Source: Minisyncoccota bacterium (lineage in GTDB: Bacteria; Patescibacteriota; Minisyncoccia; UBA6257; 2-01-FULL-56-20). Taken from it: a stretch of 64,000 nt of DNA. The notes beneath the pieces are model-generated. The model was given only the letters and a program-made list of their open reading frames with translations. It was not told the origin of the DNA and did not search any database. Within the stretch, counting starts at the first letter, position 1, and each line of letters begins with the position of its first letter. Both the position numbers and the translations under genes were made by a program. Location of the stretch: positions 1,621-65,620 of the forward strand of contig DATKNI010000030.1 in NCBI GenBank assembly GCA_035541415.1, in the 5' to 3' direction. Of this stretch, positions 48,516-56,406 are shown piece after piece.

Positions 48516-49718
48516 TTATTTTCTTACCGGGAAAACGAGATACCAGACTTTTGCCGCAACGTTGCGCGCGGGACCGGTGAGCGGGAAATGATGGATGTCG
48601 ATGAAGGGCAGGCTGTTGCATTCGATGACGCCGCACCGCTGTTTGCGCCACGAGACCGCCATGTCGTTCATGATGAAGTCCACGCCGAAGAGCGGGTCAT
48701 CAACATACCGCGCGATTTTCAAAAAAAGTTCGCAGTTGTCGGGATGGATGGCTTCGATTTCCGTCGTTGACGCGCCGAACGCGCGGCTCACTTTTGGATG
48801 AAGGATGACCATGCGGTCTTTTGCGGGAACGCTCGTGAGCGAAAGATTCTGGCTCGCGAGCACGAGGGGATCAATCGAGAGTTCATGGAACACCGGCCCG
48901 CGACGCAATGGATTTTTATTTTCACGATCAATCAGTTCTTGCACGCTGTGCGTGCCGTCGCCTGTGACGTGCGGCGGTTCGCGGCGCATGACGCCGGCGA
49001 TTTCGCCGCCAACGAGCGTGATGCGGAACACGAATCCCGGCAATTCTTCCTCGACGGCAACCGAAGGCGAAATTTCTTTTGCTTTTGCAAATGCATTCCG
49101 CACGGCTTCTTCCGTCGTGAGATGCAAATACGTGTGGCGGCTCCGCGATCCGAGCGCGGGTTTTATGATGACGGCGTCTGCGCGCCGTGCCGTTACGATT
49201 GAGCGGAAGACTGCTTCGGCTTGCGCAACGTTCGTCACGGATTTGCCAAGCGGCACCGGGATGTCCTGGGCGGCAAAGCGTTCAAGGATGATGCCTTTGT
49301 CGTCCATCCAATCCTGCGCGGTATCGTTCGCGAGGCGCGGCCGGGGAAGGCCGTCGAAGACGCGCGTATCGCCCTCATAGCTTGCAAAATAGATGTTCCG
49401 GGCGAGTCCGAACGGACGGAACTCCCGCATCGCGATGCCGCGGCGCTCGGCTTCCTCCCAGATGACGCGCGTGCGATCCGTGGTTTGGGCGTCGGGATGG
49501 CGCACGATGGTGCCGAGGCGGAGGCGTGCGGCAAGGCCGAAAAGCGGAGGGGCAATGCGGCCGGGTTTGAGCGCTGCGACGGCGGGGCGCACGACGTTCC
49601 AGACGATCTCGGCGGGTTTTGAGATGTAACCAAAAAAAGCGTCCGCGCGGACGTTCCAGCGCTCGATGGCGTGCGACACGGTTGCCGGACCGCAGTCGGG
49701 GCAGGCCGTTTGTTCCAT
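48516..49718 (-). CDS. ATP-grasp enzyme, cyanophycin-synthetase N-terminal-domain-like (stand-alone)
   Basis: 400 aa. ATP-grasp organisation colinear with the CphA N-terminal half (GDG.HSV.ELI...N.P.RRG..HE..L..I....GVDF). No Mur-ligase-type C-terminal domain. Confidence 0.5.
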   Translation of the reverse strand: MEQTACPDCGPATVSHAIERWNVRADAFFGYISKPAEIVWNVVRPAVAALKPGRIAPPLFGLAARLRLGTIVRHPDAQTTDRTRVIWEEAERRGIAMREFRPFGLARNIYFASYEGDTRVFDGLPRPRLANDTAQDWMDDKGIILERFAAQDIPVPLGKSVTNVAQAEAVFRSIVTARRADAVIIKPALGSRSRHTYLHLTTEEAVRNAFAKAKEISPSVAVEEELPGFVFRITLVGGEIAGVMRREPPHVTGDGTHSVQELIDRENKNPLRRGPVFHELSIDPLVLASQNLSLTSVPAKDRMVILHPKVSRAFGASTTEIEAIHPDNCELFLKIARYVDDPLFGVDFIMNDMAVSWRKQRCGVIECNSLPFIDIHHFPLTGPARNVAAKVWYLVFPVRK

Positions 49719-49750
49719 GGCCTCATCATACTGCAGTTTTTTTAATCGTG

Positions 49751-51271
49751 CTATGCGAAACCCGGGAAGAAATCGGTTTTGATCTGCGTGCGAGGGACGC
49801 CGAGTTCGGCGAGCGTTTTCTTAAATTCGCTCACCATGCCGTGCGTGCCTGAAATGTAGAATGTGCGTTCGCGAAAATCGGGAGCGACGCTCTCGATGAG
49901 CTTCATGTCGATGCGGCCGATGCGGCCGTTGTGGCTCGGAGCTTTCGCCGCGGGATCGGTAATGGCGTAGACCGTGCGAAGCCCCCATTTTTTTTCGGCT
50001 TCATCAAAAATGTCCCGATATGCGATTTCGTTTTCATTGCGGTTCGAATAGAAGAGGATCGCGTCGCGCCGTTCGTTCATATCGGAAATATATTTCGCCA
50101 TGCTGCGGAACGGCGTGATGCCGATGCCGCCCGCGATGAAGATCAATTTCTTTTTGGGATCGTTCGGGAGCGTGAAATCGCCGGCGAGCTGTCCCGCAAC
50201 GATGGTTTCGCCGGGTTTGAGGTTCATGAGCGCGAACTTGAATGTACTCGAGTTTTCATAGAACTTCACGCCCAGGTGAACTTCCGGTTCGGTGGGAGAC
50301 GAAGCAATCGTAAAATAACGGCGATTGCCGCGGGTGTCTGCTTTCTGGTGCGCGAGCGTCCACTCAAGATATTGGCCGGGACGATGGTTGATTTTTGCAT
50401 CAGGCGCAAACTGGAAGTCGTCCATATCTTTTCCAACTTCGTGCTTGCCTTTCATGGTGAGCATGAACTTGCGCTTGGGACTTACGACATAGGAGAAGAC
50501 GTTGCCCGTGACGAGCGCGAGTTCCGGAATGGAATAGACGGCGCCCACATGGACATATGGAGAATAGAGGAGGCCGACGATTACGCCGTAGATGACGCGG
50601 AGCGTGCGGGTCGGCGGCGTTGTTAAGGGTTCCGTGAGCATGATCGTGCCGAAGAAGAAGATTGGCGTGTGGAGGACGATGCGCTGGATCGTGCCCCAGG
50701 GATCGAATATCGGGGCGAGCGCGATGCAGCTCACGATTGCGGCGGCGAAGAATGAAAGGAAGAGGTCGAAGCGCTGGAGCTTGCGAACGATGAGGAGGCC
50801 GCCCACGATGACGAATGCCATCATAGGGAGATTGCCGCCGACCCACCAGCTTGCATACTGATTGAGCGCGAAACCGGTGATGACGACGGCGAGCGCTGCA
50901 GGATTAAAGACGTGTTTCTTGCCGATAGCGATGATGTATTTCGAGGCCATCGCGATGAGGGCGGCGGCGAGGAGAAGTTCGATGTTCTGCAGCGCCCACG
51001 TTCCGGGCGTAATAATGAGCGCAAGAATGAGTCCCGTGAGATACGCCGATTCAACGCTCGGCTGGGCGCCCCATACTTTTGCAAAAATGATGTTAATAAT
51101 CCAGCAGGATCCCAAAAGGAAAAATGCCGTGAAGAGAATCGCGACGGGGCTGTAGGGGAGGATGCCGAGAGCTCCGAGAATGGCGGCGATCACAACATAC
51201 GCCTCAAGAATATAGAGGAGAAGGCGGTACATCGTTATCTTGTTGAGCAGGCGATCAATGAGTGCGATCAT
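49751..51271 (-). CDS. polytopic-membrane oxidoreductase with a C-terminal ferredoxin-NADP+-reductase-like FAD/NAD(P)-binding module
   Basis: N-terminal ~270 aa with 8 or more TM helices. The C-terminal FNR fold has RYFTIASSP (RxYS FAD motif) and LIFIAGGIGITPF (NAD(P)H motif). Confidence 0.6.
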   Translation of the reverse strand: MIALIDRLLNKITMYRLLLYILEAYVVIAAILGALGILPYSPVAILFTAFFLLGSCWIINIIFAKVWGAQPSVESAYLTGLILALIITPGTWALQNIELLLAAALIAMASKYIIAIGKKHVFNPAALAVVITGFALNQYASWWVGGNLPMMAFVIVGGLLIVRKLQRFDLFLSFFAAAIVSCIALAPIFDPWGTIQRIVLHTPIFFFGTIMLTEPLTTPPTRTLRVIYGVIVGLLYSPYVHVGAVYSIPELALVTGNVFSYVVSPKRKFMLTMKGKHEVGKDMDDFQFAPDAKINHRPGQYLEWTLAHQKADTRGNRRYFTIASSPTEPEVHLGVKFYENSSTFKFALMNLKPGETIVAGQLAGDFTLPNDPKKKLIFIAGGIGITPFRSMAKYISDMNERRDAILFYSNRNENEIAYRDIFDEAEKKWGLRTVYAITDPAAKAPSHNGRIGRIDMKLIESVAPDFRERTFYISGTHGMVSEFKKTLAELGVPRTQIKTDFFPGFA

Positions 51272-51283
51272 AGTGCCGTTTGT

Positions 51284-52033
51284 TTAATCGGGTCGGGCGA
51301 CATACGTCTCGAAGCCGGATGTCATGGTTGCTGTCTTATTATTATCTATCATATATCCTTCGAGTCCAGGAATGTTTTCGATGAAATGTATGGCGGCTTT
51401 GCCCATGGCAAATGCCGCCGTTGCGAACCGGTCAGCCTCGTAGATGTTCGGGCCGATGACGGTGAGGCTCACGATCTCGTCGATCGGTTTGCCGTCGCGC
51501 GGATTATAAATATGGAGGCCGCGGATGTACGTGCCCGAGGTGGCGACGCCTTCGGTTTTAACGCGCATGACTTTGACGTTCTCCGCTTCATTCCACGGAT
51601 TTTTGATTCCCACGGTCCACAATTTCCCTTCGGCATTCATGCCGTGTGGCTGAATATCGCCTCCGGCATCAACATAAAAATTCTTGAAGCCGTTCTTAAG
51701 GATGAGCTGTGCGGCATTCCAAATGGCCCAGCCCTTCACGAGGCCCGAAGGATCATACGTTCCGTTCGGCGTTTTGATATCAAAGTATCCGTTTGTCTCG
51801 CGCTTTGTTTCCTCGGAAAGCATGAAGACCAGTCTCATTTCCTCGCTCCAATCTTTTTCCGCGAGGCGCCCTTCGTTGATTGCCGTGATCTCACTCGTCT
51901 TTTTATAGGTGCTGAATTTTTCGTCGATATATTTGAAGTAGCCATATATTTCTTCGAATATGGCTTCGTCTGCGTGCGGGTCGACAATCTCAACCGCTAT
52001 GGGCATTCCCATGAGAACGCGAATCTGCTTCAT
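51284..52033 (-). CDS. apbE: FAD:protein FMN transferase
   Basis: 249 aa ApbE fold (GMPIAVEIVD..., D.GGIAKGWA-type core, ...GDI...G.N..G..W.VGI..P). 12-nt gap to the downstream gene. Confidence 0.75.
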   Translation of the reverse strand: MKQIRVLMGMPIAVEIVDPHADEAIFEEIYGYFKYIDEKFSTYKKTSEITAINEGRLAEKDWSEEMRLVFMLSEETKRETNGYFDIKTPNGTYDPSGLVKGWAIWNAAQLILKNGFKNFYVDAGGDIQPHGMNAEGKLWTVGIKNPWNEAENVKVMRVKTEGVATSGTYIRGLHIYNPRDGKPIDEIVSLTVIGPNIYEADRFATAAFAMGKAAIHFIENIPGLEGYMIDNNKTATMTSGFETYVARPD

Positions 52034-52069
52034 ATCGTTGCGGAATTATATGCGGGAGGCCGGCCGATG

Positions 52070-52612
52070 TTAGCTTTTGGCCTGCGAGAGCGCTGATGCG
52101 AGCGATTGTTGGAATGCCTGGCTGGTTTGCGTTGCGCCGGAAACGATGTCTACGGTGGCGCTCTGCGAAGCAATAGCTTCCTTTTTGAGCTGGGGGATTG
52201 CCATGCTGCTTACTTCGCTCGTATGCCCCGGTTCGTTAGGGTATTTGAGGAATTTTACATCCGTGAGCTTGCCGCCGCTCACGACCGCCGCCACTTGGAC
52301 CGTGCCATAAAATGCGTCAGCTGCGCTGCCCGTGTAGGTGCCGTTCCGATATTGGCCCGTTGAGCCTGTTCCGCCCGTTGAGCCTGTTCCGCCGGTCGAG
52401 GTTGTTACGGTTGAGCCAGTAGTTGTTCCGTTCCCATTCCCGGTTCCTCCGGCTGTCGTTGTCTGGTTGGAGCCGGTGCTGGTGCTGTCCGTCCCGCCAT
52501 TATTGGCGGCGACTTGCGAGTTTGAATCGCCATTTTGCCCGTTAAAAATAATATAGCCGGCGATAAGCACGACTACGGCAATCCCGAGAATATATTTCCA
52601 GGCGTTTTTCAT
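52070..52612 (-). CDS. FMN-binding domain protein (NqrC/RnfG-like), membrane-anchored, with a flavinylation motif
   Basis: ATG at 52610-52612 (MKNAWKYILGIAVVVL TM anchor), a G/S/T-rich linker and an FMN_bind domain ending in VDIVSGATQTSQAF, the S/T flavinylation site used by ApbE. Confidence 0.7.
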   Translation of the reverse strand: MKNAWKYILGIAVVVLIAGYIIFNGQNGDSNSQVAANNGGTDSTSTGSNQTTTAGGTGNGNGTTTGSTVTTSTGGTGSTGGTGSTGQYRNGTYTGSAADAFYGTVQVAAVVSGGKLTDVKFLKYPNEPGHTSEVSSMAIPQLKKEAIASQSATVDIVSGATQTSQAFQQSLASALSQAKS

Positions 52613-52693
52613 GCTTGTATTCCTATTTATACGTTTTACGATGGCGTTTTGGTTCGTAAGCAGTATATCATAATATCCGCTATAATAAGAGCC

Positions 52694-54652
52694 ATGTTGA
52701 CCGAAAAACCCATCAACCCCGACGATCTCGACCATGCCGTACGTCCGGGTGACGATTTCTTTGGTTACGTAAACAATATCTGGATCCGCAAAAACCCGAT
52801 TCCGGCAAATGAGGCCCGCTGGGGGACTTTTTATGTTTTGCGGTACGAGGTTGAGGAGCAGATCAAAAAAATTTTTGAAGGACTGGTCGCCACGCCCGCC
52901 GGGAAGCTCGACGACTCCGGGAAAAAAGTGAAATATTTTTATGAAAGCGGCATGGATGTCGATCATGTGAACGCGGAAGGCGATGCGCCGCTCGCGCCGC
53001 TCCTCGATGCCGTGAACGGCATTCACGACGTGAACGACCTCGTGCGGACGATCGGCTTTTTGCATCGCCGCGGAATCGGCGTTTTTTGGGCGCCGAGTCC
53101 CGAACCGGACGCAAAATCAAGCGACCGGACGGCGCTCTATTTTTCCCAGGCAGGGCTCAGCTTGCCCGACCGCGATTATTATGTGAATGCCGACGAGAAG
53201 AGCGTTGCGATCCGGAAACGGTACGCGGACTACGCCGCCCTCATGCTCGCACATTCTTCGATAGCAGCCGATGCCCAGCAGTTTTCAAAAATAAATGATA
53301 TCGAAAAGACGCTCGCGAAACATTCGATGACGCGCGTTGAACTTCGTGATTTCGAAAAGCAATATAACAAAATGTCGTGGGAAGAGCTTTCGAAACGCGC
53401 TCCGCACATTGACTGGAACATCTATTGCGAGGCGATTGCCATTCGCAAGCCGGAGTTTGTGATCGTGTGCCAGCCGGAGTTTATGGCGGCGGTGAGCGAG
53501 CTATTCCAATCTGTTCCGCTCGAATCGCTCAAAGCTTACCTGCGATGGCAGGTGCTCAATGCGATGTCGAATTTCTTAAGCGAAGATTTTGCCCACCGCT
53601 CGTTCGAGTTTTACGGCAAGACGTTCGGCGGCGCCACGGAGATCAAGCCGCGGTGGCGCCGCGTTTTGAATGTGGTGAACGGCATGCTCGATCAGGCCGT
53701 CGCCAAACTTTATGTCGAGCGCCATTTCAGCGCGGCGGCAAAGACGAGAGTCAATCAGCTCGTCGACCATTTGACGGAAGCGTATCGTGCCCGCATCAAG
53801 CGCCTCGATTGGATGAGCGACGCCACAAAAGAGAAGGCGCTTACCAAGCTGAACGCGATCAGCCGCAAGCTCGGCTATCCTGACGTGTGGCGCGATATCT
53901 CGGCGCTCACGATTGTTCCCGGCGCATATCTCGAGAACCGCCTGAACGCGCATATTTTTGAATTCGACCGGCAGATGAAAAAAATCGGCAAGCCCGTGGA
54001 CCGTTCCGAGTGGCTCATCTCGCCGCAAACGGTAAACGCGTTCTATCTTGGGCTTCAAAATGAAATCGATTTTCCGGCAGCGATTCTCCAGCCGCCGTTC
54101 TTTTATCCCGACGGCGATGACGCCGTGAACTTTGGCGGCATCGGCATGGCAATCGGCCACGAGCTTACTCACGGGTTCGACGATGAGGGCTCGCGCTTCG
54201 ATGCCAACGGGAATCTCACGAATTGGTGGACCGAAGACGACCGCGCGCGATTCGACAAGCTCACGGCGCGCCTCGCCGCGCAATTCGATGCCTACGAACT
54301 TCTGCCGGGCCTTCGCGTGAACGGCAAGCTCACGCTTGGTGAAAATATTGCCGACCTCGGCGGATTGCTGATCGCCTACGACGGGCTCACTTTGGCGCTC
54401 AAGGAAAATCCCGTGGGCGCTATTGACGGCTTTACGCCCTTTGAGCGGTTTTTCATCAGTTATGCCATCACCGAACGCTCCGTAGCGCGTGAGGAAGCCT
54501 TGCGGACGCAGGTCCAAACGGATCCGCATACGCCCGCGCCGTATCGCGTGAACGGCCCGCTTCCCAACATGGATGAATTTTATGAGGCATTTGACTGCAA
54601 ACCGGGCGATGCGCTCTGGCGGGATCCAAAGGACCGGGTGAAGATCTGGTGA
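52694..54652 (+). CDS. M13-family zinc metalloendopeptidase (PepO/neprilysin-like)
   Basis: HELTHGFDDEG (HExxH) and the downstream E...D/NAFY motifs; about 650 aa from ATG 52694. Confidence 0.85.
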   Translation: MLTEKPINPDDLDHAVRPGDDFFGYVNNIWIRKNPIPANEARWGTFYVLRYEVEEQIKKIFEGLVATPAGKLDDSGKKVKYFYESGMDVDHVNAEGDAPLAPLLDAVNGIHDVNDLVRTIGFLHRRGIGVFWAPSPEPDAKSSDRTALYFSQAGLSLPDRDYYVNADEKSVAIRKRYADYAALMLAHSSIAADAQQFSKINDIEKTLAKHSMTRVELRDFEKQYNKMSWEELSKRAPHIDWNIYCEAIAIRKPEFVIVCQPEFMAAVSELFQSVPLESLKAYLRWQVLNAMSNFLSEDFAHRSFEFYGKTFGGATEIKPRWRRVLNVVNGMLDQAVAKLYVERHFSAAAKTRVNQLVDHLTEAYRARIKRLDWMSDATKEKALTKLNAISRKLGYPDVWRDISALTIVPGAYLENRLNAHIFEFDRQMKKIGKPVDRSEWLISPQTVNAFYLGLQNEIDFPAAILQPPFFYPDGDDAVNFGGIGMAIGHELTHGFDDEGSRFDANGNLTNWWTEDDRARFDKLTARLAAQFDAYELLPGLRVNGKLTLGENIADLGGLLIAYDGLTLALKENPVGAIDGFTPFERFFISYAITERSVAREEALRTQVQTDPHTPAPYRVNGPLPNMDEFYEAFDCKPGDALWRDPKDRVKIW

Positions 54653-54740
54653 TCGCGCCCGCATTCCGGCTTTTATTTTAGATAAATTTAATCTGCGGCG
54701 TGGAGAATGAGAAGGTCGAATAAATAAAAAATTCACGCTT

Positions 54741-55877
54741 ATGAAAAAATATTGCGCCGCGCTTGCGGCAGCCGTGGTTTTGGTTGTGCCGGGGTTTCCC
54801 GTCGGTCAAATGCAAATCGCTTCCGTCGAGGCGAGCTATCACTTTGCGAATTATCTGGGCGCTCCGCCGATCCATATTTTCCGATCGGCGCAGAAATCGC
54901 CGAGCGGCCTCACGCCGCTTGAGATAAAGCATATTTATAATCTCCCGCTCACGGGAGGCGCAAGCAGTACGATTGCGCTTGTCGAGGCCTATTCCGCGCC
55001 AACGCTCGAAAGCGATCTGGGCGTCTTTGACGACACCTATTCGCTTGCGCCGTGCACCGTAAAGAATAAATGTCTTGAGATCCACAGCATGGGGAGTGGC
55101 GTCGCCGCGAATGGCGGATGGGCGCTCGAAACAACGCTCGACGTGGAATGGGCGCATGCCATCGCCCCGCAAGCAAAAATCCTGGTCGTACAGGCAAAAA
55201 CGCAGAGCGGCGCGAATCTGCTCGCTGCGCTCGATTATGCAGCGGCCCGAAGCGACGTCGATGCGATTTCGATAAGCTGGGGCGGTCCTGAGTTTCCGGA
55301 AGAAACATCGCTCGACGGGCATTTTTTGAGCGCTTCGGGCGCGGCATTTTTCGCGTCATCCGGTGACCACGGCGCCGGCACGAGTTGGCCCGCGGCATCG
55401 CCGAACGTAGTTGCGGTCGGAGGAACCTCGCTTGAACTCTTGCCGAGCGGCTCGCTTGTTTCTGAATCGGCGTGGGCCGGAAGCGGGGGAGGAGTAAGCG
55501 CCTATGAGCCCGAGCCGGATTATCAGCGCGCGTACAATATTCCGAAAGCCAGCGGCCATCGCGCGATTCCGGATGTTGCATACAACGCCAATCCGCGATC
55601 GGGATATGCGGTTTACAAATCGAACGGCGCCACAAAGAACGGCTGGTATGTCGTTGGCGGCACGTCGGCGGGGGCTCCTCAATGGGCGGCCATCTACGCG
55701 ATCGGCCGTTCGGCAACGCTCCCGGTCATGTACGGAGATAAAGCTTCGTCGGGCACGCTGCAATATTTCCGGGACATTGCGAGCGGCGCAAATGGCACGT
55801 GTAAATATTATTGCGACGCGCGGAAACGATACGACTACGTAACCGGCTTAGGAACGCCGCTCACGGTTCATTTTTAA
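54741..55877 (+). CDS. S53 (sedolisin)-family serine-carboxyl peptidase, secreted
   Basis: Signal peptide, ETTLDVEWAHAIAP (Glu/Asp catalytic region), GGTSAGAPQWAA (catalytic Ser in GTSxxAP). Short for S53, so a minimal catalytic domain. Confidence 0.6.
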   Translation: MKKYCAALAAAVVLVVPGFPVGQMQIASVEASYHFANYLGAPPIHIFRSAQKSPSGLTPLEIKHIYNLPLTGGASSTIALVEAYSAPTLESDLGVFDDTYSLAPCTVKNKCLEIHSMGSGVAANGGWALETTLDVEWAHAIAPQAKILVVQAKTQSGANLLAALDYAAARSDVDAISISWGGPEFPEETSLDGHFLSASGAAFFASSGDHGAGTSWPAASPNVVAVGGTSLELLPSGSLVSESAWAGSGGGVSAYEPEPDYQRAYNIPKASGHRAIPDVAYNANPRSGYAVYKSNGATKNGWYVVGGTSAGAPQWAAIYAIGRSATLPVMYGDKASSGTLQYFRDIASGANGTCKYYCDARKRYDYVTGLGTPLTVHF

Positions 55878-55915
55878 AGATTAAATTTTTATTAAATGAA
55901 TATTGCTTCACGATC

Positions 55916-56344
55916 ATGAAAACGTATGATGAGATTATGGAGATTTTGCGGAATGAGTTCAAGGAGGCCATCGAAGATCTCGCGCTCATGATTCAGCGGG
56001 AGTTTGTCGCTGTTCGTGAGGAGATGCACGCACAAACTGTGATGCTGCAGACGGAGATGAAAGAACAGGCCGCAGTATTGCGAGAAGAGATGAAAGAGCA
56101 AGCAGCAATGTTGCGCGCGGAGATGTATGGGCAAGTGGCAACGTTGCGCAAAGAGATGCACGATGAGGCCGTTGCTGTGAGGGGCGAGATGAAGGGTGGC
56201 CTTGATGCACTGCGCACCGAATTAAAGGGCGATATTCAGGAATTCCGGCAGGAAACCCAAGCGAATTTTGCCCTGATGAACGGGATCTTGCGCAACCATG
56301 AATATCGGCTCGAAAGGGTCGAGAAAAAGCTCGATATTTCCTAG
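55916..56344 (+). CDS. small protein built of eight tandem 11-residue amphipathic repeats
   Basis: 142 aa; residues 33-120 are 8 copies of [LV]R.EM....A.. (VREEMHAQTVM / LQTEMKEQAAV / LREEMKEQAAM / LRAEMYGQVAT / LRKEMHDEAVA / VRGEMKGGLDA / LRTELKGDIQE / FRQETQANFAL). Confidence 0.5.
   Translation: MKTYDEIMEILRNEFKEAIEDLALMIQREFVAVREEMHAQTVMLQTEMKEQAAVLREEMKEQAAMLRAEMYGQVATLRKEMHDEAVAVRGEMKGGLDALRTELKGDIQEFRQETQANFALMNGILRNHEYRLERVEKKLDIS
56012..56275 (+). repeat. 8 x 33-bp in-frame tandem repeats encoding the 11-mer units
   Basis: Periodicity seen in the translated sequence. DNA repeats are degenerate, about 60-70% identity between units. Confidence 0.45.
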
Positions 56345-56406
56345 CGTATAGGTCGTTCTGGGGATTGGAAATTTGACCGGTTTTCTGATACAATAAGAGG
56401 TATCTT

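Noticed and set aside
52338-52556. Repetitive DNA as a possible CRISPR array or VNTR
   Set aside because: Repeats are 18 bp, in frame, without spacers, and encode the Gly/Ser/Thr linker of the FMN-binding protein. Not CRISPR.
52613-53065. Upstream 151-aa extension of the FMN-binding protein ORF
   Set aside because: It overlaps the start of the divergently oriented M13 peptidase gene and has no TM or signal logic. The internal ATG at 52610-52612 gives a canonical TM anchor plus an FMN_bind protein.
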